Part shown: positions 47,156 to 54,029 of the stretch, piece after piece | Numbering within the stretch: the stretch's first letter is position 1 | Layout of the letters: the number at the start of each line of letters is the position of its first letter | DNA from: a virus | Taxonomy: Duplodnaviria; Caudoviricetes | Length of the DNA: 54,029 nt | Virus record (IMG/VR): IMGVR_UViG_3300011116_000659 | Span: 1-54,029 of that record | Strand: one strand, 5' to 3' | Notes under the pieces: generated by a model | What the model was told of the DNA's origin: nothing | What the model saw: the letters and a program-made list of their open reading frames with translations, nothing else | Database searches by the model: none | Made by a program: the position numbers and the translations under genes

Positions 47156-48319
47156 TTAGACGTAGACGGTCGCCCAGCCCGGGACCGAGACACCAATGGT
47201 GGACGTGATGATAACCTGCACCGGCGCCCCCGCAAGGGCAGTCATGGTAGCAATCAGGTTATCAACACTCCACATACGGTCATCCAGCACCACCACACCG
47301 GGCACACCGGGGGTGGCGAGCGCCGCCGCGAATGCCGCGAGGACACGGGCCTCCGTGCTACCGGAGAGGGCAGCATACCGCTTACCATTCCGGACGAGGT
47401 AGGCATACCCCGTGTTACGGTCGATGGACAGAGCCTCGCCAGGATAGAGGAATGGAGCGACCCGAGACTCAAACGTGGCGACCAGTTGGGCACTCATGGC
47501 ATCAAGGGTACGGGACTTCGTTGCAGCCTCTTGCTTGCGTACAGCCGCAATCATTTCCGCTGCGTCTCGTGCCCGGCGATGCTCGTTGATATCAGCCCAG
47601 GCATGGAAGGACTTACTGTCCGCAACAATGTCATCGATGAAGACCTGCTTGGTAGTGAACGCATCCTTACCATACAGGGCCCCCACAATGTTCAGCAAGC
47701 GCACGCGCTCCGCATCCCCGGCCGACTTCGCGTCCGCCGCGAGCCGCCTCAGCACACTGGTAAAGCCGAAAGACTCAACCTTCTGGGTCAGGGTTTCGAT
47801 GGTAACCGTGTCGGGATTACCCTGACGGTTGATGATATCCTCAGCCCGCTTTGCCGCCGCCGTCGCATCTTTGGCCTGCTGCTCGGTCGCGGCGACATCC
47901 TCATAGGCAGCCTGCCAAGCTGCGTCACCCATCAGACTGGCAAGCAGTTTGTAGATACGGTCGATAGACCCGCTGAACGCTTCTCGAATGTCACGGCTGT
48001 CCAGGTTGACGGATCGGTTCGGGCCCTTGTGGTCAGCCTTCTTACCGACCGGAAGGCGATAAGAGAAGACTTCGCCGGTGTTCTGAACCGCTGCAATGTC
48101 AAGCCCGTTGGGGTCGCCTGCCATGGTGTTGAGAGCGGCGCCCAGCTTCACTTCGTCGCGGAAGAGGAGCCCGATGGCACTACCACGGAGAGCAAGCTGA
48201 ATGCTCTGAGTAATGGCAGACTTGCCAGCTTCGTTGTCACCAACAATGAGTGTCTTTTCCCCAAGGTCATAGACACGCTTGGGCCCCTTGAGGTTCGTAA
48301 TAAGAGAAGACGTGTGCAT
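47156..48319 (-). CDS. SMC/Rad50/RecF-like ABC ATPase
   Basis: Walker A GDNEAGKS; short coiled coil; signature LSGST; Walker B VVVLDD; QVIITS. Confidence 0.85.
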   Translation of the reverse strand: MHTSSLITNLKGPKRVYDLGEKTLIVGDNEAGKSAITQSIQLALRGSAIGLLFRDEVKLGAALNTMAGDPNGLDIAAVQNTGEVFSYRLPVGKKADHKGPNRSVNLDSRDIREAFSGSIDRIYKLLASLMGDAAWQAAYEDVAATEQQAKDATAAAKRAEDIINRQGNPDTVTIETLTQKVESFGFTSVLRRLAADAKSAGDAERVRLLNIVGALYGKDAFTTKQVFIDDIVADSKSFHAWADINEHRRARDAAEMIAAVRKQEAATKSRTLDAMSAQLVATFESRVAPFLYPGEALSIDRNTGYAYLVRNGKRYAALSGSTEARVLAAFAAALATPGVPGVVVLDDRMWSVDNLIATMTALAGAPVQVIITSTIGVSVPGWATVYV

Positions 48320-48323
48320 TGTG

Positions 48324-48785
48324 TTACCTCGTAGTCAGCTTGTAGCCGGTCTGGTGGTCATTCGGGTCTTCGCATTCGACACTGACAATCCTGCGTAGCT
48401 CTACCAAAGTGGGCGAAGACCCCTGGTTGGTTGAGAACATGGCGAGAAACGCAGGAAGATTGTTGATAAGGCATCCCTGGATAATCTTACTGGTCGCGGT
48501 ACCGACGTACCCTCCGGCCACCTCGGGCACTACGACCATATCATACAGGCGGGTGCCCGTGAGAGTGTTGATACCAATGGGGATAGACCGTGCCCAATCG
48601 TCCCAATCGTCCTTGAATCGACGGGCAAAGTCATTCTCGCCAAAGGTAAGGTCAAACTTCATGTCTCGGTTATTCTCTGCTGCGCGTGACTTGCAGTAGG
48701 TAGTAACCGCCTGACCCGCCATCTGCAACCAACGGGGGTCAACATCCTTTCGGTGGGCGAGGAAGATGGAGACTCGCTTACTCAT
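48324..48785 (-). CDS. Hypothetical alpha/beta protein, possibly TIR/NDT-like fold
   Basis: IFLAH N-terminal strand; YDMVVVP; GTAT. Confidence 0.55.
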   Translation of the reverse strand: MSKRVSIFLAHRKDVDPRWLQMAGQAVTTYCKSRAAENNRDMKFDLTFGENDFARRFKDDWDDWARSIPIGINTLTGTRLYDMVVVPEVAGGYVGTATSKIIQGCLINNLPAFLAMFSTNQGSSPTLVELRRIVSVECEDPNDHQTGYKLTTR

Positions 48786-48982
48786 GGTACACTCAGCTTC
48801 CTGGTAAAGCCGGGGTGGATTGGTTGTGATAGTGTCTTACCAACGTGTGATGCGTTCAGCCACCATACACCAGCAACTTGACAGTATCCTGTGACATCTA
48901 CAGTGTATCCCCTGTATAGCACCTTCTCACCAATGGGGTACCTGAGTACAAGGTCAAGCGGTGGGTTAGGTCGGTCGCTCAT
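48782..48982 (-). CDS. Small protein, FPIG-motif family
   Basis: PPLDLVLRYPIGEKVLY...VTGYCQV. Confidence 0.8.
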   Translation of the reverse strand: MSDRPNPPLDLVLRYPIGEKVLYRGYTVDVTGYCQVAGVWWLNASHVGKTLSQPIHPGFTRKLSVP

Positions 48983-49287
48983 ATGATTCGTCCTTGTCGG
49001 ATGTGTTGATAGCCCAGACGTGCGGGAGGGGTACCCGGGCCACGGTTCACGATGGCTACTCCAGGCTCAGTATATCCTTCGATATACACGGTGCCACCAC
49101 TGCGCGGACCTTCGATGAGCCGTACCCGTGTGCCCGGAGGGTGGGCGAGGGCCATGTCCATGATAGAGGTAAGTGGAATCATCGCATTGAGGAGTGGGCT
49201 TGACTCATTGAACTGCTTGACAAGATCGTCGTGCATGGCCTTTGACATAGCAGTAAGTAGGTTAGCATCGATTGTCATCTTTGACAC
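48979..49287 (-). CDS. Small protein, FPIG-motif family (KOW-like)
   Basis: IMDMALAHPPGTRVRLIEGPRSG...IEGY. Confidence 0.7.
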   Translation of the reverse strand: MSKMTIDANLLTAMSKAMHDDLVKQFNESSPLLNAMIPLTSIMDMALAHPPGTRVRLIEGPRSGGTVYIEGYTEPGVAIVNRGPGTPPARLGYQHIRQGRII

Positions 49288-49314
49288 CCTCGTAGATTTC
49301 AGTGTAGTGTAGCA

Positions 49315-49518
49315 TCAGTCTGCCCACTCCCTAAGTTCTGATGTAGTAAAGTATCGTATGGCAGCAGTCTTTGTTGTCTCTGTGACAAAGTAGGCACCGT
49401 CATCCCCATAGGCACTCACATCGACGGCAAAGACTATCTTCCTTTTTACCGGCCTCTCTCTGACATAAGTAACGTATGATCCGATTGGAAACCGTAGAAT
49501 AGCCTCCAGGTACGTCAC
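49315..49518 (-). CDS. Small protein, FPIG-motif family
   Basis: YLEAILRFPIGSYVTY; GTGA overlap with the polymerase stop. Confidence 0.75.
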   Translation of the reverse strand: MTYLEAILRFPIGSYVTYVRERPVKRKIVFAVDVSAYGDDGAYFVTETTKTAAIRYFTTSELREWAD

Positions 49519-52172
49519 ACTGCCTCCCAAGTGGGCCCAATCTTCTTCTCTGCCGTGTAGGTCAGGAGAGCGCCGGTCTTCCGGCGCCGCGTCATCGATG
49601 CCTCAAGGGTCTTACCAAACTCCTCTGCGACATCCTCGGGCACCTCCCACATGGAGCTATCATGGGTCTGAGTGACCATGCCGATACGACGCTTGAAATC
49701 CCAGGTAACCCAGGGCTTGTATGCAGAGGTATCAATGATGCTGGTAGCCTCCGTGGCGAACCACGGTTGGTGCCCAATCAGAAGCTCAATGAGGGCTTCC
49801 ATAACAATGCCGAACCCACCAGCCTGGATAGGGTGGTTGATACGCTCGTTCTTGGTAGCGTCTCCACGGAAGTAGCGGCGCCGGCCCCAGATGGTATCAG
49901 CAACGAAGCCATGCCGTTTGAAGTCGGCTTCCACCGAATCCCACCAGATGGGCACCTCGGGGTCTGCGGAGCTAAGACCGTCGCACACCTCACGAATCAT
50001 ATCTTTGGTGTACTGAGCATAGGGGAGATTACCATGCTCGTCCTCGACAGAGACAACTTGCTCCCAGATTTTCTTATACCATGCACCGTACTGCCACGCA
50101 TAGCGTACGTTCTTGGTCACTCCCCGTGTGTCTTTGAATAGTCCTTTGCCTTTTTTAGTTCGGAAGACAGTGCGTCCGCCGCACATAGCCACGGTAGTGC
50201 CATTGGGAAGGTGACAAGGCACACCAGGGCCAGCCCCGCAATGCAGACATGCACCAGAAGGGGCCCCAGGAAGGTTCCAAACTTCCGCACCATAGATATG
50301 CTCCATAGTCTCGTTGTGAAGGTCAAGTAGGTTATTGAAGATGCTCAGCATACGAGGGGATGCTGACTCCTCCGCAATCGCTTTCGCCTCAAGAGCATCC
50401 GCGTCACACCCGATGAAGATATGACCGGGCTCGGGAACAAAGCAGTCACGCAACAGGGACGGAATGTTCTGCGCGTTAGGGTCAGAGCTACTATAACGAC
50501 CCGTAGCAGGAAGACGATTGTAGCTCGGGTGGATACGTCCATCGGCGCCGAGGTGAGAATCGGGCCCAGGGAGCCAGCGAGCAAGGTACGTACCGATAAC
50601 CTTGGTGGCTTGTCGATACATACGTAGGGCGTTCAAGATAACCCGCTGGTCTGCGGTCAGCGGGTACTTGGTAATCATCGTACGGATGGTGTCATCGTCG
50701 CACGAGGGTGCCCCGGTAAGCTCGGAGTAGGAGACGGGAGATAGGTTCCAGTCAACAAACAGGAGCCTGGACAGTTGAGTCAGGCTGCCAGGATTGAACG
50801 AGGAACTGATATTCTCACGCATGGTCAGAAGGGCAGTGTCACGCTTCTTCTCCTCAAGAGCCATGTGCTCATGCACCTTCTCTTGGTCCACCCTCATACC
50901 GATACGCTGCATTGCCCACCCGATCTTCTGCAAGAGGTGTTCCCTCTCGATAAGATGGGTCTGTCCGCGCGCCGCCACTTGGGAGAGGAGGGGTGCCCGG
51001 ATGCGGTGGGTGACTGCACAGTCTTTCGCGTTGTACACCCAGAGAGCCATATCCGTCTTAGCATCTTCACGGGTGTTGTCCGCCTTCCACGCCTCGGTGA
51101 AGTCGGTACGGTAGCTGCCCTCATAGCCCAAGCCGTGAGGCATTTCATTGTCAGCCAGGAGACTGAGCAAGATAGTATCAGTGTCCAGCTTGGGGGTCAC
51201 ACCAAGCTGCTCCTCACAGTTGAGACGGTCATACTGACCGGCGTTGTGCCCAATCAGCTTGGCGGGCGGGTTCTTGAGGAAGGCGCGGAGCGTCGGCTTG
51301 ACGTGCCCCTCCCACTCTTTCTTCGTGAAGATAGGTGACCCGTCGATACGGCGAACGGCAACAGTGAGGGCGCGGTCGCCGGTCGCGAAGCCGATACAGC
51401 GGAGCTTGGCAGACATGGCCTTGAGCCCGTCCGTCTCAACGTCGTAGCTGATATACTCCGGATTCTTCTCAGTGAGGAAGGTTGGGAAGTGGAGCGTGAA
51501 ATCCATGAGCGATGTAACAATAATCGTCTCAGGGTCAGTCCAGGTCAGCTTGTTCTTGAAGTAGCGGATAGACTTCGCGATGTCGTTGCGGAACGTGTCA
51601 CGCCACTTCGGGTCTTGGAGAACACGGCGCGGGTGCAGGGTGTACCCCACCTTGCTCGTACGCCCGTCAAGCCAAGTCACTTCCTCACAGGCGCCGCGCA
51701 GTGAGTCAGGGGAGTAGTTGGCTCCCTTGATAAACTTGCACGCATCGCCGAGGACAATGATATACTTGAAGTCCTGCACCCCCCGCCCTTGGGCACACGC
51801 GACAAGCGGGTGAAGCCCAAAGCCCTTCTTCTTACCGATGGCAAACGCCTTCTTGATATCGCCATCGTTTGGACGACAGGCAGCCACGTTGAAGAAACGG
51901 CAACGGTTACGAGGAAGCCCGATAAGGTCGAAGGCGTCCATCAACTCACGTCCGTTACGGTCCGTGAAGGGTCGTCCGTTTGTCACATCGCTATCACTCG
52001 GAAAGTCTCCGAGCACAGCGATAACATCATCGGGGTGCGTCTCAGGAGGCACCGGTCCATTGAGAATCATTGACGAAAGAGCGCAGCCATGGCACGCAGA
52101 GTCGGGGCACCTGCCTTCCCCAGAATCCGTGATAGTCACGGTGGTGTTTCCCCCCTTGCTCTTACGCGCCAT
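49515..52172 (-). CDS. polA: Family A DNA polymerase with N-terminal uracil-DNA glycosylase-like domain and 3'-5' exonuclease
   Basis: UDG-like: CHGCAL, GDFP, GRPF, NVAACRP, TLHP; Exo: YDVET, HNAGQYD, YNAKD; Pol: TGRYSSSDPNAQNIP, DADALE, RGVTKNVRYAWQYG, NHPIQ, THDS. Confidence 0.95.
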   Translation of the reverse strand: MARKSKGGNTTVTITDSGEGRCPDSACHGCALSSMILNGPVPPETHPDDVIAVLGDFPSDSDVTNGRPFTDRNGRELMDAFDLIGLPRNRCRFFNVAACRPNDGDIKKAFAIGKKKGFGLHPLVACAQGRGVQDFKYIIVLGDACKFIKGANYSPDSLRGACEEVTWLDGRTSKVGYTLHPRRVLQDPKWRDTFRNDIAKSIRYFKNKLTWTDPETIIVTSLMDFTLHFPTFLTEKNPEYISYDVETDGLKAMSAKLRCIGFATGDRALTVAVRRIDGSPIFTKKEWEGHVKPTLRAFLKNPPAKLIGHNAGQYDRLNCEEQLGVTPKLDTDTILLSLLADNEMPHGLGYEGSYRTDFTEAWKADNTREDAKTDMALWVYNAKDCAVTHRIRAPLLSQVAARGQTHLIEREHLLQKIGWAMQRIGMRVDQEKVHEHMALEEKKRDTALLTMRENISSSFNPGSLTQLSRLLFVDWNLSPVSYSELTGAPSCDDDTIRTMITKYPLTADQRVILNALRMYRQATKVIGTYLARWLPGPDSHLGADGRIHPSYNRLPATGRYSSSDPNAQNIPSLLRDCFVPEPGHIFIGCDADALEAKAIAEESASPRMLSIFNNLLDLHNETMEHIYGAEVWNLPGAPSGACLHCGAGPGVPCHLPNGTTVAMCGGRTVFRTKKGKGLFKDTRGVTKNVRYAWQYGAWYKKIWEQVVSVEDEHGNLPYAQYTKDMIREVCDGLSSADPEVPIWWDSVEADFKRHGFVADTIWGRRRYFRGDATKNERINHPIQAGGFGIVMEALIELLIGHQPWFATEATSIIDTSAYKPWVTWDFKRRIGMVTQTHDSSMWEVPEDVAEEFGKTLEASMTRRRKTGALLTYTAEKKIGPTWEAV

Positions 52173-52203
52173 GGCTGCTCCCTATCAAGTGTGTTGGGTC
52201 GGC

Positions 52204-52821
52204 CTACAGGAAGTCGAGGTCATCCCCGCCTTCGGCCGCCGCAGGCTCAGCCGCCGGAGTCGCCGCAGCCGCAGCCTGGGTCGCGGGCTTCGCAGCCGCC
52301 GCACCCGGGCGACCCTGGGCGACCGGCTGGGTCGCCGCCGCAGCCTGGGCCGGCTTCGCCTCGGCCGCCGTGGTGGGCTTCGCCGCGTCCTTCGCAGACT
52401 CAGCCTTGAACGTCGCCGCGTCCACAAAGCGATACTTCGCGTACTGCGTATCACCACCACCGGAAGACGGGGGCGGCGCAGTGTAGTGGAAGTGGGCGAC
52501 CTTGCCAACGAGCTTCATCACGTCGAGGGTCACCTTCTTGTTGGGGCTCTCCTTCACAGCACCCACGCTCACAAGGAACGCGAGGAAGAACGGCTGCCCC
52601 TTGGCAAGGTCAAAGCTCTCACGAACCCGACCACCCGTCGTATCGAGGTAGACCGCGAGACGGCCCGCGTCACCAGACTTGTTCTGGTCAACGAAGTGCT
52701 TGACATCGCCAACAGTACCCATGTACCAGCCAGTCTCAAGGACCGCGAGAGAACCGCTGGCCGGGGTGACACCAGTGAAATCGAACTCAAGACGCAGAGA
52801 GTCAGCCATTGTGTGCTCCAT
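52204..52821 (-). CDS. ssb: Single-stranded DNA-binding protein (DUF669-like)
   Basis: FDFTGV, GWY, LVGK; Ala/Pro linker; acidic tail GGDDLDFL; lies between the Sak4-like ATPase and polymerase. Confidence 0.65.
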   Translation of the reverse strand: MEHTMADSLRLEFDFTGVTPASGSLAVLETGWYMGTVGDVKHFVDQNKSGDAGRLAVYLDTTGGRVRESFDLAKGQPFFLAFLVSVGAVKESPNKKVTLDVMKLVGKVAHFHYTAPPPSSGGGDTQYAKYRFVDAATFKAESAKDAAKPTTAAEAKPAQAAAATQPVAQGRPGAAAAKPATQAAAAATPAAEPAAAEGGDDLDFL

Positions 52822-52857
52822 GTTGATTGCGTGGTAGATAGAACCCCGTGCAGACCA

Positions 52858-53034
52858 CTATAGCACGGGCGTGAGTGAATCAGAGGTAGGAAATCTCGCC
52901 GGGGTAACACCCGACGGTGACATTCTGCTTTGGGAAGTAGACGATGATACGTCCCTCTTTGTCACAGGCACCACAATCTGGAGGTCTTTCCAGATACCAC
53001 CAAGGGTCTTGACGTTCATAGTTGCCTTTGCCAT
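52858..53034 (-). CDS. Small hypothetical protein
   Basis: MAKATMNVKT after GGAG. Confidence 0.45.
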   Translation of the reverse strand: MAKATMNVKTLGGIWKDLQIVVPVTKRDVSSSTSQSRMSPSGVTPARFPTSDSLTPVL

Positions 53035-53038
53035 TGTA

Positions 53039-53926
53039 TTACTCCGCGATGATTGAAGTGTCAACCTGAGAGGTGCCCGTATCGAGCCATGCCATCGGGT
53101 CATTCCGACGGGCAGAGAACACGACACGATGCAGTGCATCGATAGCCGCCCACTTCATATGACGGGCATCGAACTTGCCAGCAAACTTTTCAAAGCCGGG
53201 GCGGACAGCCTCTCGCCACTCCGTAACCCCTACCTCTTGAATCCGCAAGGCCCATTGGTCAACAGCCTTCGACATCCACGTTTCCGGGTAGGGGATGTCG
53301 ATGCCACTGAGCCGAAGCCCCTCAGCGATGTTCATAGGCCCAAGGTCGGGGAAGATGCTGAGACGGTCGCCAGCCACCCACTTACCACGGGAGCGGGACC
53401 ATAGGACGAAGGGCCAGGGCTGCATCGTCTCATCGGAGACAGCGCGCAAGACAACGTCAACGCTACCAGAGAAGGACTCCGGTGCCTGACCGGGAAGCTG
53501 GGGGCCCCCGCGGACGTACTTACCAGAGGACATACGGTCGGGCTGCTCGTGGGCCGTCACGATGAACGTGATACCACGACTCATTGCCTCGGTGGCGTGC
53601 TTGCCAAGGTCATTCAACTGACCGTCAAGCTTCTGCCAGTTGATTTTGTTACCACCCTGCTCACGCTTGATAGCAAGGGAGAGGTCATCAACATAGATGA
53701 TGTGGGGCTTGCCCTTCAACTCAGTGGAAAGAACCTTGTTCACATCACTGAGAGTTTCAGCAACACGCACATTCATGCGGTCGCGGGGGATGCCACGGTG
53801 AGTCTCGGCGGGGCTCACGGCACCGGGGGCAGCAATGACCGTACCATGCCATGACGCGCACATAGCAGCGTCAGTCTTACCAACCTTGGACGGTCCATAG
53901 AGCAGAAGACGGGGGATTGTCGGCAT
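53039..53926 (-). CDS. Sak4-like / AAA_24 ATPase (ssDNA annealing)
   Basis: LLLYGPSKVGKT; IYVDDLS; IVTAHE; P.LPGQ; VDVVLR; next to SSB; start MPTIPR at 53926. Confidence 0.8.
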   Translation of the reverse strand: MPTIPRLLLYGPSKVGKTDAAMCASWHGTVIAAPGAVSPAETHRGIPRDRMNVRVAETLSDVNKVLSTELKGKPHIIYVDDLSLAIKREQGGNKINWQKLDGQLNDLGKHATEAMSRGITFIVTAHEQPDRMSSGKYVRGGPQLPGQAPESFSGSVDVVLRAVSDETMQPWPFVLWSRSRGKWVAGDRLSIFPDLGPMNIAEGLRLSGIDIPYPETWMSKAVDQWALRIQEVGVTEWREAVRPGFEKFAGKFDARHMKWAAIDALHRVVFSARRNDPMAWLDTGTSQVDTSIIAE

Positions 53927-53990
53927 GGTCAACCTTGAAGGTGTAGGCGAGGCGGAAGGAGACGGAGACGGTAGCGGTGTAGGTTCAACA

Positions 53991-54019
53991 AGCGTAGCCC
54001 GGGGCCCCGGGAGCGTCAA
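53991..54019 (-). promoter_or_regulatory. Sigma70-type promoter of the replication operon
   Basis: TTGACG-N17-TACGCT; spacer contains the palindrome cccggggccccggg. Confidence 0.6.
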
Positions 54020-54029
54020 GGGAAAATCA

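Larger units (their letters stand above)
1..54029. mobile_element. Bacteriophage genome (partial, permuted), probably lytic and podovirus-like
   Basis: Terminase-portal-scaffold-capsid-tail-ejection-lysis order on +; replication genes on -; no host housekeeping genes, integrase, tape measure or sheath recognised. Confidence 0.95.

Noticed and set aside
497-49518. Diversity-generating retroelement as the source of the paralogues
   Set aside because: No reverse transcriptase and no template/variable repeat pair seen; similarity is at the protein level
49515-52172. DpoZ or modified-base DNA system; intein in the polymerase
   Set aside because: No purZ or other nucleotide-modification genes in the window; the inserts lack intein termini
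53927-54019. Pro/Ser-rich N-terminal extension of the Sak4-like ATPase
   Set aside because: The called TTG start is the -35 box of a well-spaced promoter, so ATG 53926 is more likely, although the frame stays open to the edge

Overview
The window is most of a GC-rich tailed dsDNA phage genome, opened at an arbitrary point. It starts inside an SNF2-type helicase gene and ends at the promoter of a Sak4-like ATPase, so some sequence is missing. Two gene arms diverge from a mostly non-coding control region at about 14.3-16.9 kb and converge at a hairpin near 45.2 kb. The + arm (16.9-45.2 kb) carries a Tad2/DUF2829-like protein, terminase, portal, scaffold, major capsid, short-tail proteins, three ejection-type proteins and lysis genes. 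No tape measure or sheath is visible, so the virion is probably podovirus-like. The - arm (45.4-54 kb and 1-15.6 kb) carries a Sak4-like ATPase, SSB, UDG-fused family A DNA polymerase, SMC-like ABC ATPase, HNH nuclease, helicase, primase-helicase, an AAA+/vWA-metallopeptidase pair and many microproteins. I recognised no integrase, repressor, RNA polymerase, tRNA or CRISPR array. The most notable observations are: (1) a 13-member dispersed paralogous family of small proteins sharing a [LM][DE]xxLx[FY]P[IVP]G motif, interleaved with a looser second microprotein set; (2) a ~360-bp degenerate palindrome with four TTGT-N2-ACA boxes at the divergence point; (3) an uncalled 42-aa ORF with a canonical QLSLF clamp-binding motif; (4) an unknown domain fused to Tad2; (5) near-total absence of one whole class of 6-bp palindromes. 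All family assignments come from motif recognition by eye, and no database searches were run.
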